Assembly (NCBI RefSeq): GCF_021028975.2
Contig: NC_059433.1
Span: 58,962,001-59,026,000, forward strand
From: Sphaerodactylus townsendi
Taxonomy: Eukaryota
Direction of reading: 5' to 3'
Length of the DNA: 64,000 nt
A model generated the notes under the pieces. It saw nothing but the letters and a program-made list of their open reading frames with translations, ran no database searches and was not told the DNA's origin. Position 1 is the first letter of the stretch, and each line of letters starts with the position of its first letter. Shown in pieces: positions 26,901 through 40,997 of this stretch. The translations under genes and the position numbers were made by a program.

Positions 26901-27365
26901 AATGCCCGTTCATGTTCCCGCCCTAAAGCAACAGCCAATTGGGAACAAGGAGCAGAGGAGGTGCCAAGACGATCCCAGGCTCTGATCCTGGTTTCAACCC
27001 CAGACCTCAGCTATGGTGGGGAGTGACAAACCAGGATCAAAAGGTACTAGTATTTTATGGTCCTGGTCCAATCCCAGGATATTTTTTCCCTAGGGGGAAT
27101 CAACCATAGTCACTTTTTCTGACAACTTGACTAAATAACCTTACTGCCCATATATGTCAAGCCCCTTCATTTACTGGTGGGCTAAGACTGGGATATAATA
27201 TTTTTAAAAATGTACACGGGGCTGGAGTTGATTCTGCATTATATTTCAGGTACTACTTTCTCATGTACTGGAATAACATGATATGCACAACTGCCATGTT
27301 GTATGAAAAGCACAACATATGCATTTTGTACCCTTGAAAACTCAGGAATCATATACTACGGATCG

Positions 27366-27423
27366 AAATTAGGCACTTTTACTATTTCATACAAAAATTA
27401 GGCACTTTTACTATTTCATACAA
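27366..27423. repeat. Perfect 29-bp tandem duplication
   Basis: aaattaggcacttttactatttcatacaa x2. Confidence 0.95.
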
Positions 27424-27664
27424 AAAGATGAATGTGCATGTGATAGGATGACTGGAAATATAATATTTTAAAGGTCCTATAATTAAAGCAGAGCTGTGTT
27501 CTCTAACAAAAGCACAAAACTATAATCCTTATACTATTTAAATGCGTTCCTTCATCACTATGAAATCTGATACAGATTATCTCTTCAATAATCAGTACAA
27601 TATTCAAACTTCAGAGAAATAAGGTGGAAACAGAAATATGATTTTTAGCCATTCTTAATCATTA

Positions 27665-28673
27665 CTAGCGGGGCCCAGCCACGCATTGCTGTGGCAATTG
27701 TCCTTCTCATCACAGTCCTCAACCCACACAGATGTCCATGCAGGTCCAATGATCCGCAGCATAGCCTTTTGGGGTGGTCAAATGGAGTCCCTCTTTCCCT
27801 TTTCAATTCACATTGTTATATGGTGGTGCCTTGTGTTTTTAGTATAAGGTAACCCTTTCCATTCCACAACGGAACTGTCCAGAGTGTGAATCCCGCTGTC
27901 CATGAGGCTGGTTGACACGCACAGTCCTGGCTTGGGTAAGGCAGAACTGGGGCAAGGAGGCTATCCCAGTCAGGCAGCAGAGGCAGGGTGGTGAGGCGCT
28001 CAGATCGAGGCCAGCTCCCTGGGTTCTTAAAGGGCCATGTGCAAAAGAAGCGGAGCCAGTAGTGTTGGTTTGCCCCCACACCGTGGATTTTCTTAGAAGA
28101 AAAAGGCAAATTTCAGCTAGCTTTTTGTAAAAGAGAGCTGGGGTGAATATGGGTGAGAAAGTGGGTACGTGGTGGTTGGATGTGAGGGAGGGCAGAGTGA
28201 GGTGTGTGAGGATGAGCTGGATGTGTATTGTGTGGTAGCAGTGGGTGAGGCACAGAGAGTGAAAGTTACCTGAGTGTGGGGGGGGGGGCCCACCTGACAT
28301 CTCAAACGGCGAAGTGTGTATGTGTTTCACTTCCACTCGTATTACCTACCAGTATTACCTATTTACTGTTTTCACTGCTCATCTCTGCCCATCTGCGTGA
28401 ACATTCTAAGCCCTCATCCCAAGCCCTCAGGCCACAGACAGGCTGCACGAACATTCTAAGGGTGACAGTTGAACACAAACAGCTGCATGGCCTGGTGCGC
28501 CAGGAAAAAGCTGTTTTACCTGGCTCAAGTATGGACTTTCAGCGATTTGAAGGTCCCATTATCTTCCCGCAACAGGGAGGAACGTCATGTGAAAATTTGG
28601 GGGCGATCCATCCAGCCGTTTCGGCGTTAGGGAGTGACTAACAAAGTCACTGTTTGCTTTTTATATATATAGA
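27665..28673 (-). mobile_element. Non-autonomous Helitron
   Basis: Minus strand starts A|TCTATATATATAAAA and ends with the GCCACAGCAATGCGTGGC hairpin..CTAG|T. No TSD. Confidence 0.85.
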
Positions 28674-28880
28674 TAGATAGGACACACATGCAACAATCAT
28701 GGGTGCAACATGAACTGCCACTAGGGGGAGCCATAGATTTCATTCATTATAGTCCTCCCCAAGTTTCATGTTATTAATTATGGTAATTGCTGCCGCCAAC
28801 CCCCCCCCCCCCCCGCCCGCCAAGACAGCCAGAGATTACTTGCCTCCACCATGATGCCTGCATTTCCAAATTGTGCTGCC

Positions 28881-29246
28881 TGTGAAGAGCAGGCACTCTG
28901 ATCTGGAGGAACCGGGTTTGATTCTCAGCTCTGCTGCTTGAGTTGTGGAGGCTTATCTGGGGAATTCAGATTAGCCTGTACACTCCCACTCAAGCCAGCT
29001 GGGTGATTTGGGCTAGTCACTTTTCGAAGCTCTCTCAGCCCCACCCACCTCACAGGGTGTTTGTTGTAAGGGGAGAAGGGAAAGGAGATTATAAGCCCCT
29101 GAGTCTCCTGCAGGAGAGAAAGGGGGGATATAAATCCAAACTGCTGCTAGAACATTGCCATACAGCCTGGAAACCACACAGAACCCCCAGTAAATCCAAA
29201 CTCCTCCTCCTCCTCCTCCTCCTCCTCCTCCTCCTCCTTCTTCTTC
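28881..29246 (+). mobile_element. Squam3-type SINE with a Penelope fragment in its tail and a (CTC)n tract
   Basis: SINE body to taaatccaaact, then gctgctagaac..cccag, then a repeated taaatccaaact and (ctc)n. Confidence 0.8.
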
Positions 29247-32200
29247 TGTCTCCACTAATGTTTCATCATGTGCAAAATTTCTCCCCTACTCTGAACACAT
29301 TTAATACAGTATCAAGACTTGGGAGTGCTGACACTCAATAATCCTGTCAATCCAGGCTGCCTTCTACTGTCGCTAGCTGGCTTGCTTACAGTGCAAGGAA
29401 CACAGCTCACTTGCTCAGGAAGCAACAGGCCAATAAAGCATGAGTATGAGGAAAATCAAGAATAAGGGTGCTGTTTACTTCTCTGCTGAATAATCGCGAT
29501 CCTCTGTATGTTTATATCATGTGCCCACCTGCAGACCTGAATTATGTGTGGTTTAAATATTTGGTGTAGGGAGGAGGATTAACTTATTAAAAATAATGCC
29601 TCCAATCTTATTCCACTATCCCTAACAAAAACAAGAACCTTCAACCACAAGCAACTTTAACCACAGGAACTTTTTGTACAGATGGGCCAGTTTAATCCTT
29701 CTAGAAGTAAAACCATGTCCATTTGCTTCTCTCCTCTTTCAAATCCTGGCCACATCAGTTTATTCTGAAACAAAGAAAAGATAGTTTGAATATTTCAGTT
29801 CTAAGCAGGAGTTACCCAATTTTTCTCCTTGCATTCTAGAAGTATATGCCCAAGCTCAGCCTTTATGGGGGTCAAAAGGATAATTTCAGTAAGGATTCTG
29901 TAAATAGAAAAAAAATCATTCTGCTTGCAGCTGAAGCTGCTGATTACAAAAAGAAAAAGAATATCACAAGCAAATAAGAATCTAACAATGACTTGATAAA
30001 AGGTGAATATAGTGGAAAATAATCCTCCTTCCCCAGATCTAAAGCTTACTTTCCTACAAAGATGAATTAAGAGACTGGTAATGTTAACATGCCATTGTTT
30101 CGACCCACTCCAGAACAAAACCCTCACCTGAAGCTATGCTTTGTATTCCTAGCCAGAACACCGCTTTTTTAACAGCGTGAACAATCCTAGCATTCTGTAA
30201 TAAGATAACACTTCTTTTTCTACACATGTCAAATCCCAGTCCTTTTACTAAAATATAGGAGAAGGGGAAAAACAGAAAAACTTGTTCTGTCGTCTCCCAG
30301 GAGGTTTTTGTTTTCACTGTGCACCCAAAATTTCCTCTGTTATAGAAACATGTAATATGCTTTTAAGGAAATGTTTATTGTTTACATGTTACTAATTTTG
30401 TCCCAAGTTAACATATGATAGATATGTGCAGCCCACAATGATGATTATAACAATATTAAGAGTTCAGCATTTCCCCCCAAGTTTATTAAAGAAATAAAAA
30501 GATACTATATGATACAAGAACAAAGTACAGTAACCAATACGAAAGGAATTAAAGGCGAAGAACAGAATACAAACCAACACTTCACTCACTTCCATCATGG
30601 GGGATGGGGGGAGAACATAGTTTTGGAAATTCTTGTAGAATTTTGTACCCCATTCATCACAATCAACGTTCTCAGATATTTTAATACATCCCTTCTCCAC
30701 AACAGTTTAAAAACAGGAAGCAATTCTGGAAAATCAGGGCACAAATAGAAGTAATTGGTTGTCTGTTCCATTGGGAACTGCCATGTGCTTAGAGAAATCT
30801 GTAGATCTTTTATGCGATTGGTTCCTTTTCTTTATCATCTTTTCCTGAACCATTATTTCTAAAATAATTATTGAAACTTAGAGGGCTAATAATGACCCTG
30901 CAGGTCTTTTGAATTTAATGCACTGCTTGATTTGGTGTGACTTGGCATTTAGCCTTGGATTAAAATAAATATCCAATTCATGTTTTGGCTGAGCATTTTC
31001 AGTGTTATAAAGTATAACTCAATATCCAAGTATCAATAAACAAACAAACAAACCTTTAATTGCATAAAATATCCAAATATCCTGGTGGCACAAGACTCTT
31101 CCTATTCTCCCCCCATTCCTACAGGGGAAGGAATGGTGAGCTGTGGGGATGTGCTTTGCTTTTGCTTTGCAGGTGCTTATCTGAATCCTGCCCTTGAAGT
31201 TCTGTGGTTGAATCTGACTTTCAGGCTGGAGTCTTACTGCTACTTTGGTTCACATGGGGGGTTGGGATTGCTACATTTATCAACAGTTTTGGTGCCATCT
31301 CGCCAGAACTGTCTTCTGCTGTTATTCTGCTGTCATGAATAAAATCCTTGAACCCATCAAGTGAGTTGTTCTATGAACTGAGAGTTTCTGTCTTTCTGTC
31401 TGAATACTAAATTTTCTTTTACTGCAAAAAGTGTTTTGCAAAATTCTTCTCACTCCTCAAATCCCCAAGAAAGAAGGAAAACCTGAACACAGAATGCCCA
31501 GGTGCTTACCAGTCTTCCCAGTCCTCCAGGGAATGCTTTCATTTGAATGAGGGCAACCAGTAGCAAGCCCTCAGTTATAGTGGACCCACCTGGTTTCTGA
31601 AAAATTCAGTTGGCACCAAGGAAAATACTGGCAGGCACCATGTTGGGGAACCCTGGGATACACAATGTCTTTCGTATTTTTACGACCTACCTGTGTCAGA
31701 AGAAATGTAGCCTTTATAACAAACAAACAAGCAAACCACGTAATTAAATGTTAATGAAGCACCGTGTGTGACCTTGGGCCAGTCATATTCTCTCATCCTC
31801 ACCTACCTTACAGGACTGTTTTGAGAATAAAACAGAAAAGCCAAAACCACGTATGCTACCCTGTGTTTCTTGGAGAAAAGGAGGGAAGGATAAAAATGCA
31901 TCAGATATTTCCCCAAGTCCACGTGTATTTGTGAGAGAAAGCAAGTAGCAAAATTAAGAAGAATGCTCCTTTATCTCTCTCCCATTTTTCCTGCTGAGCT
32001 AATCAAATGTGACATTGACTTGAGCCTGTACTCAGAACCTGTTAAGTATTCTGTCCAGCTGAAATACAAACACTGTTTCAATTACCACAGGAGTCAGGTA
32101 CATATTAGAGAGACACTGACTTCCTTCAGTGTCAAAACAGACCTTTGATTTTATATGCATATATGCCAGCATGTGAAAAAAGGCTGGTGGTTCTGTGGTC

Positions 32201-34944
32201 ATAAACAGTTCCTACTACTGTGTCTAAGATTTAAACAAACAATCATGATTTTCCAGAACACAACTCAAACCCATTAGTGATATAGGACTTCACAGCAGGA
32301 AGAACTATTGCGCCTTACAGAATTCAGCAGAGAGATAATAATTTTCACACTCTTCGGTAGCAGCGGTTCAGGGAGCTTTTTTTTATGCCATGGGTTTTAC
32401 AATCTAAACACAGAAATTAAATTCCCATGGTCATAACTCATATCCTGCAATTGCTCCAAAATGGACATTAAGCTCTTCAAAGGGGTTGACAATGTCTTTT
32501 TAAATTATAGCTGCTGATTTAGATCACTGTAATATGACAAAATAGACTTCATGTCCTCAAGTCTGGAGACAGAGATTCTAAGCAGGATTTCTGTACAATC
32601 TGCCCTCTGCTGTTCATCCAAAAAACAACTCTCAGTGCTGCTGTTCAGCATCTACATAGAGCCAAGACTGTGCTTGGTGCTGCATCTGGGGTTGCAAGCT
32701 TCTCCTCTGCAGCATCTTTCCAGGGACAAGAAGTGTTATTTTCACTGACCTTGCCCAGCCATGTGAAGAACGAAAACCAGCAGCATCTAGAACCTGCAGA
32801 GGGACAAATGGAGGGAAGGGCCTCACACGCCTCAGCACCTCCTTCTACCACCAATTTAGTATTTTAACTATGGGTTTTTTAAATTTGTTTTTTAATTGTA
32901 AACTGTTTTGGAAGTTTCTTGCCTAAAAGGAGTTGAATAAAGGTTGCAAATAAACTACAGGACACAGAAGTGACACAGTCACTACTCAGACAGATGACAA
33001 CAGAAGCAGGAACCTTCTGTGTGTAAAGAATGTACTCCACAACTAAGACACAGCTTGGGGGTCACATTAAAGAACTCAGCATGTGTCCAATGGTATTCTT
33101 GTCCCAGTTTTTGAGAGGGATGACACTAGCGATGGGCTTTTCAACAATGTCGGAATTTCTGGGACCACTGAAAACCAGGAAAATGGCACGGGCAAGAAGG
33201 CTGAAGCCACTTCTCCACACATGCCAAGGCCGAATCCAAATTGAGAACCACACATGTGAAAGCTGCCAATCACCAACAACTCACATTTGAGAGTTACGCG
33301 GGTGACAACCTCAGGACCCAGACTGTGTATCCCATAATGCGCGCATTGAAGTCACATAATTTTAATGCTGTGCCTTTTTAAACCTGTGCACTGTTTATCT
33401 TCTCAATGGACTGTCGTGTTTTTATGTCTGGCAACTTTTTGTTGCTTCATTAGGTGTCTTTTATCTAAGAAGGAGAAATAGAAATATTTTAAATAAACTA
33501 AATACATAAATCAGAAGGAACAAAACCTAAAGACTCAGACCAAGAAATGATTTTCCAGGCATTTGATGCAGCAAGGCAACAGGCTATGGGGAAGAAGAAA
33601 AGTAGACAAGTAAAGCAATACGGGCAGCCCAATCTCTGTGTGTGTGTGTGAATCCCCCTCTGGAAGCAGCGTGGGCTTACACTGGCAGAAACGCCCTCTC
33701 CAGCAGAGGGGCAAATCCTCTGGAGCCCAACTGCCACAGTGCCCTACAATGGCCGGTCTTGCATTGGCATCCCCATGCCAACCCCAGCTGCATTGGTGTG
33801 GTGGGGGCATTCCGGGGGGGGCCGACCTTAATCAGCCAGCAGAGTCCAATCGGCCCCCATGTGCCAGCAGAGTTGCTAGCAGAGATACATCATGATTTTC
33901 GTGGTGTATATCTACTTGTCCTTACAGGGGCTTTTGAAGTGGGTTTTTTCCCACATTTTTGGGCTTCCCATCCCCACCTTCCTATTATCTCTGGATTAGA
34001 TTGATGGGCTTGTTTAGTTCAATGGTGTTAGAGAAAATAAGGCCAAAAAAACAAACAAACACTGGGATGAATGAGACACTGTGCTGACAATTCTGATGAA
34101 AACCAGAAATCTAAATTTCTTTCTCTTCTGTCTTCTGATAATATTTAATAAGAGAAAGGAGTGGCATGCCCTCTTCTGCAGTATGTTATTGGCTACTGCA
34201 GAGAAGAAGGAGCAACATAAATTAGGACAGATCACATATTTCTCTTAACAACATTTTGGGCCGAGAAGGGATGAACTGAATGCAGTGCTCATGTTTTCAG
34301 ACATAAACCAATAATCAACATGTAGCTCCTCTCATCGCTGAGGCACAGATTGGAAACTCTGAAAAGTAAGAACAAAAAACCTGAATCTGATACTGACTGT
34401 TAGAGAGTCACTTTAAACCAAGACCCTCCAACCTTGCTGAACCTGTAGGTGCTTTTGGAATTTTGAAAAAGTGATGTGACTACCACAGCAAAAAGGATTC
34501 CACAGGGGCCAGGGCAATATAAAATGGCTACCATTGCATGTGGGAGGGGCACCCAATCACAAAATGTTGAAAGGTTTCAAAGCAAGCATGCCTGTTTGAC
34601 AAAAGTAGCTGTTTCTAAATGGGCAGAGGGTTTTCGGGAGCACCTCTTGCATTAAGATGACTAGGGAATGCTGGGATGATCAGCATTTTTTTTAAGGGAA
34701 TCAATGTTGTCTGATTTCAGTTTCAAAAGAAAAGAATAGGCTTTTTCACTAAAGGGTCACACAGAAAGGTTACAGTCCAGAGGCATAAGGAAATCTATGT
34801 CTGCAGCCAAGTGTGTGTGAACCTAACTGTGACCCATTTTGCTTGATATTAGTTCAGCATTTTGTTAATCAGTCAACTGGCACAGAGTGACTCAAAGCTC
34901 CCTGCTTCTTTCATTTGTATGTTATCCCAAAGACTCAAGAATTA

Positions 34945-35203
34945 CCCTGTTTCCCCAAAAATAAGAGCTATTCCAAAAATAAGCCCTAGCATGATTTTTC
35001 AGGATTTTTGGAGGATGCTTGAAATATAAGCCCTACTTCAAAAATAAGTCCTAGTTACAGATTCCCAAGCGCAGCTGATCTGGTCACATGGGGGGGGCAC
35101 AAAATAATGGGAAAAAATAAGACATCCCCTGAAAATAAGTCCTAACACATCCTTTGCAGCAAAAATTAATATAAGACCCTGTCTTATTTTGGAGAAAGCA
35201 TGG
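34945..35203. mobile_element. Tc1/mariner-superfamily MITE
   Basis: TA|ccctgtttccccaaaaataaga ... tcttattttggagaaagcatgg|TA; internal aaaataag repeats. Confidence 0.8.
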
Positions 35204-36409
35204 TAGGTGGACTCTAGGAGCACACTGGCAGGTGACATATTATCCCCTGAGCACCACATCGAGAATTACTAGTTTAAACAGTCATGCTGTGACATCAAGA
35301 TCATCTTAATTAAAAGTGTTTTTTTATTTTGATTGGTTTCAAATTATATCACATTAAATCATTTCCATGTCCAACAGGACTATGGACCAGATTTTGAGGC
35401 GTTCTAGGCAAATACAGTGTCAAGATTCCTTACTCCTGCTGCTGTAAGTGAAAGCTATCTGGGATATAATTCTCCACAGCAGAGTGAGAAGAGTTTCAAG
35501 TTCAACCATTAATTTCTCAAATAGCGTGCTCCCTGTCCAGAACGATTTGAGTTCTCAAAACAAACTTTCCAAATCGTCACAGTACTTCATAGATTAAACA
35601 CACGCACACTCATTTTTTTCTCATGTTCAAAAATATGCTACATGCTTTTAAAATTATTGTTCCCACACTGGTCCCCTGGGAAAAACACATTGAAATTGAA
35701 GTGTTCTAAAGATCACAATCTGACTGACTGCCCAGAATGTGCGATGTGAAACATTCTTTTATTTGTTACAAATCAAAAGACGATTATGCTGTCCAGATAG
35801 ACACAGTGTGACTTTTTATTCTAAAGGGAATTAACAAAAATAGCTCTGTTAGGAAACGATTCAGTTTTTTTTACAAACATCCAGAAAAACAAGATTGTCT
35901 AGAACAGTTTTCATATTAAGAAACTCTGCACTACATAATGAAAAAGGAATGGGTGGTGATTTTACACAGTTGCACTGTTAGCCTGAACTATGTTCTTTAA
36001 GTTCTGCTCAGGAGAAGTCCATTTGCTCCCCCCTCCCATTTGCTATTCAAGTTATGCTACTGCTCAGTGCCCAGGGAGTCAATATATCTAATTCTCAAAT
36101 GGCCACACCAGTGGATACTTAAATCTAGAGACTGGAGCCACGAACAGGCAAGACAGATCTTTCTACACCCCTGAGAAAAGCCCCATGTTTGCAAACAAAA
36201 TCTGAAATCTAAAATCTGAATTATGAAAAGGGAGGTTCACCTTCTCAAAACAACAGAAACAGCATCTGTACCTTTAGAAAACAAATGCCCTTTGAGACCT
36301 CAGTTGTCATTGTGGGGTTTGCTAACCAACCACAACAATATTAGCAGTCTTCAAACCTTGGTTATGATCAGTTCAAAAGTAAATATACTGTATCAGTGTG
36401 CAACAAAAA

Positions 36410-36713
36410 AGATCAGGGAAAATGCATGAAATATTGAATTATGATGTTGCACACCAACGCTGCATGAATATCATTCATGTTATTTTTAGCTATACTCGCA
36501 AGTAAACATGTATAAACATATATCAGTACAGTTCACACATCTAACAAGGTGCATACACAATTATTCACATTCTTTTACCTATAAACATGAATGTGTTCTA
36601 ACTTATCTAAACATCTAAAGTATTATATAGGTTAACATTGCACAGTATACAGAGATATTGACATGTTGGTGTGCAACATCATAATTCAATATTTCGAGCA
36701 TTTTCCCTGATCT
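36410..36713. repeat. 49-bp inverted repeat pair around an AT-rich spacer (probable MITE)
   Basis: 36410-36458 matches the reverse complement of 36665-36713 at 47/49. Confidence 0.8.
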
Positions 36714-37499
36714 GCTATCAGTTCAAGTCAGGGGGTGGGGTCAGTGCCCATTCCAGGGATGTTCTGGTATCCCTTTCCACCCCTGCTCCTGTCCTTGCCT
36801 TAGAGGGAGGATTCATCAGGGTCAGCGTGTTGCAGCAGTTAGAGTGTCAAACTAGGATCTGGGAGACCCAGGTTATAGTCTCTACTCTGCTATGAAAGCC
36901 TGGTGATTGTCCTGGGGCCAACCGCTCTCTTTGAGACTTATCCATCTCACAGGTAGTTATGATAAAGAAATGGAGGACAGGCTTTCACAAGCCAAGGTGG
37001 GCATGGGTCCAATAGGAATGTGGTGTTAGGATTCTGTTCACTATGTCTTGGAAGAGTTGGCTGAAATGGTCCAATGCAGGACTGGAAGATGTCCAAGGGG
37101 TCTTTATCTCTTTTACTGCTTCTAAGTTAGCAGAGAGGTCCTGGTGAGTGATAAGATCTTCTTCACACACACAAAAGGTCATAAAAAACCTCATAGCAAA
37201 GGGTAGGATTACTCTGGGGCATCTCAGACAAGGCCATTAATTGCTAAATTACCCTGAATAATTGGGTGGAGCATGAGCTTGTGGATGCAATGTTTGCCAC
37301 AAAGTATTTCTCTCACAGGATTTCATAAATGTCCTATAAGATGTTCTTACCACCTTGTCATAAGTTCTTTGCCGAACTCGTTCTAGCCATCTTAGTTCCT
37401 GGTTCTACTTTCTCAGCTCCAGGGTATACCATGGGGCCAATTTGGAACAAGAATGAAGAGGGACCAAAAAGGGCATTCTGTGGCTGGTGTAGAGAGTTT

Positions 37500-37930
37500 G
37501 CTCTTGGTGCTTGGCCAGAGAGACAAATTGGGACTGCTGCTGGTGTACCAATCACACCACTGCCCAGCTGCCTCCCTGTCTGAGCTGGCGGAGGCAGTTT
37601 TGGAGGTAGTGTTGGAGGCTCACAGTACAGTGTTTCTGGGGGATTTCAATCTGCATGTCGATAATGTTTCTGATGGTTCAGTTTGGAACCTCATAGCTAC
37701 CATGGCAATCTTGGGGTGTCTCTGTTTCTGGCTTGACACACTCAGCTGAATGTGCTCTCAATCTGGTCTTTGCAATAGAGCAGGTTGGAGGTGACCTGTT
37801 AGTTGGGGGGATTAAGATCTGTCTCTTGTCTTAAACAGATCATTGCCTGCTGAAGTTTGTCCGTCAGATGTCACCCTCCCCCACACCCACTCCAGGGCTG
37901 GGGACCAATTAAGGTGGTCCGCCCCTGGAG
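37500..37930 (+). mobile_element. L2 LINE endonuclease fragment
   Basis: LGLLLVY..SLSELAEAV..VFLGDFNLHV motif. Confidence 0.8.
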
Positions 37931-38263
37931 GAGGGGGTTAACAAGTGCATTGGTTAACAAGTGTAAAGGGTGCAATTAGCAAGTGTGATTTGCATGTGTT
38001 GAGTGGAATCCACCCATTTCAACATATGTAAGTAACAATTCAGTTGCATAATCAATTAGTGAGGGTACCGGTATCTGCATAGTACTTGCCTGGCATTTTA
38101 ATACTCCACTTGCTTTACTACCATCTGAAGATGTCAACCATAGATGAAGGCGAAAAATCAGGAGAAAATGCTACTGGAACACGGCCTTATGTGGGGAGCC
38201 TAGAGACACTAGTATGAGGCAGCATATAAATATTTATAAATGAATTTTAAAAAAATAAGTAAA

Positions 38264-38515
38264 TCAGGATGTGATCACATTGATCGCTTCAGAGAGCTGG
38301 CTATGCCAGTCCTCTATCAGCACATCCCTTGAGTCATTGGAAGGCACTGGATCCTGCAGAGCATTCCGGAATCCAATAGAATCCGTAAGTCTCCACAAGT
38401 GAGCATAAATCAGCTTGCTGCCTATTCGAGGAAGGTTTGGAATGCTTAGATGGGCCTTCTGGGCATGGTAGTCTGACCACATGGTACAGTTCAGTGAATG
38501 AACAAGAGAGACCAT
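38264..38515 (-). mobile_element. L2 LINE ORF2 fragment
   Basis: ..IGFRNALQD..LIEDWHSQLSEAINVI resembles the L2 post-endonuclease linker. Confidence 0.6.
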
Positions 38516-38916
38516 TTTCTGTCACACTTTCTAAAAACATATAACAACATGCTGTATGTCATTCAGGATTGCTAATATTTATTGAGGCGAAGATCTCTTT
38601 TATATTAGATTAAAGTATTATATAAAAACATATCAGTTCCTTACAATAATTTTCACCAACCAGCTCCTGAATACAGAACACATATAAACTGCCTTCTATT
38701 CTTTTTTTTTGTATTTTATGTCCCAACAGAACAACCATGCTCACTGAAGCAAAATAGCAAAACATGTAATATATATTTGTACATTCCTCAGCTTTACACC
38801 AGTGAGTTTAACAAGGTTAGTGCTACATATGAATTTGGCCCATTCCATTTAACAAACGATTCCATAAGATATAAAGAATACATGGATAAGAACAAGACAT
38901 GAATAATAAAAACTAG

Positions 38917-39057
38917 GGCCCCTTCCGCACACGCAAAATAATGCATTTTCAAACCACTCTCACAACTGTTTGCAAGTGGATTTTGCTATTCCGCACAGCT
39001 TCAAAGAGCACTGAAAGCAGTTTGAAAGTGCATTATTCTGCATGTGCGGAATGAGCC
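38917..39057. mobile_element. 141-bp Harbinger-like MITE
   Basis: 138/141 identical to 23769-23909 by manual alignment. Confidence 0.85.
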
Positions 39058-40997
39058 AATGTCATTATTTTTTTAAAAAACCCTCAAACCTTGATGATCT
39101 CTCTTTAAATTCAGGAAATGACTGGTAGGGCATTGGAAGCTTTCCTTCAGCAGCTTTGGAAGCTTTTCTTTGGAAGCTTTTCTTCAGCAGCTTAAGTGCA
39201 TGGGTTTTCCCAACCAATTGTTACCCATCTCAAAATATATATTTGCTCAACACTGAGTAAACAGAAGATTTTACAACCCTTCCAAAAGTGTAAAGAAACT
39301 TGGGCTGAAGTCCTATGCTTACTTTCTTGAGATTAAGTTACACTGGAGTCAGTGAGATTTACTTCCAAGTCAACATGCACAGGCTGTGAGCTACAAGGAT
39401 TTATCTAGAAATATAGTTGGCCTGCATTGCCAACACAGTTTATATTCAGGTATCACTTTAAAAAGACATGAGAGTTTCTTTGTTTTTTTACCATCATGGA
39501 TTTGTTTTAATGTCTGGATTCAGGCACTTCAACAGATAGAAACTTCATTGATCTTGCCAAGAAATCAGGATTCTACATAAATTTGTAAGCAAGAAACAAA
39601 CTCCAGCTTTTTGGGGTGCCGAAATTCACATATCTTCAATCTCAGGTTCATGCACGAACCCAGTAATAAACAGACTAAAGCCCGTCACGCATTGTAACAC
39701 CTGAATTGTAACACCCAGAGAAATGTATACTGCTCACATTCGAACACCCAATCTGATCAACAAATCTAAAGAGCATGGCTTGGGTTCCAATATCTAAAAG
39801 GTAACTAGCATCAAGAAACTGGGTCTGACTATAATTCTTAACTCCTTCTCTTCCTTTTTAACCTCACTAAGAGTTCAAATAAATATTAATATGCATTTCA
39901 AAAAGGATTGGTACTTGAAGCCAACATATTTTGCCCAGGAGAGTAAGTTAAATTTGTCTAAACTCAAACATTTAAATGAGACAGCCTTCTTTAGACAAAG
40001 CACTCACCAAGGAAGAAGTAAATTATACATGTAGCTGGGATTTAAAAAGACAATCAAAAGAGGAGGAGGAGTATGAATAAATCTGCCCTCTGATGAGAAT
40101 ATTCTATTAGAAGATCATTTGTAAGTATATTAACCTGTAAAAACAAATTGCTGATGGGTTCATGGCTTGAATGAAAATATTATAGAGGCCATTAAATACA
40201 AAAGAGAATGGACAAGGCACACACTAGCAAGACAACACAAAACAAAAAATGTACCCTTGTCAGTAAGAGCCAATGTGGTGTAGTAATTAATAGTGGGGGA
40301 TTTTAATCTAGAGAACTGGGTTGATTCCCCAGTCCTCCACATGAAGCTCACTGAATGATCTTGGACCAGTCACAGTTCTCTCAGAACTCTCTCTCTCTCA
40401 GAGGCAGGAAATGGCAAAGCAGCTCTGAACTTCTCATGCCTTAAAAACCCTATGGGGACACCACAAGTTGGCTGTGACTTGATGGCGCGCAGACACAAAC
40501 ATCTCTCAGTCAATAACACCAATAGGAATATATACGGACATTAAAAGATTTTACAAACTGTTTAAGTTTTACTGTACATCCTGAAATGAATTGTATTTAC
40601 TCTTCCTACAGAAAAATTTCAAGTTATACAAAAATACTGTACTTTGTTGTAATTAACTCGTTTAGCTCTCATGCTAGGTGCTTGGCAAATAATCATAAGA
40701 ATGATATGGATTCATATAGAAGAGATGATACAGATTAAAATAGAAGAAAGCCATAATGGTGTAGTGGTTAACAGCAGTGGACTCTAATCTGGAAAACTGG
40801 GTTTGATTCCCTGCTTCTCCACATGAGCTGCCCAACTCTTTATCTGGTGAACTCTATTTGTTTTCCCGTTCCTCCACATGAAGCCTGCTGATGATCTTGG
40901 GCTAGTCACAGTTCTCTCAGGATTCTATCACCCACACCTATCTCACAAGGTGACTGTTGTGGGGAGAGGAAGGGAAGCAGTTTGTAAGCCACTCTGA

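Noticed and set aside
27839-27900. SHSGQFRCGMERV inside the Helitron, vaguely like the helicase motif FSHGQLYVALSRV
   Set aside because: Too few identities and no other RepHel motifs nearby.
28943-29341. ORFs with poly-Leu / poly-Gly
   Set aside because: Translation of a SINE and a (CTC)n microsatellite.
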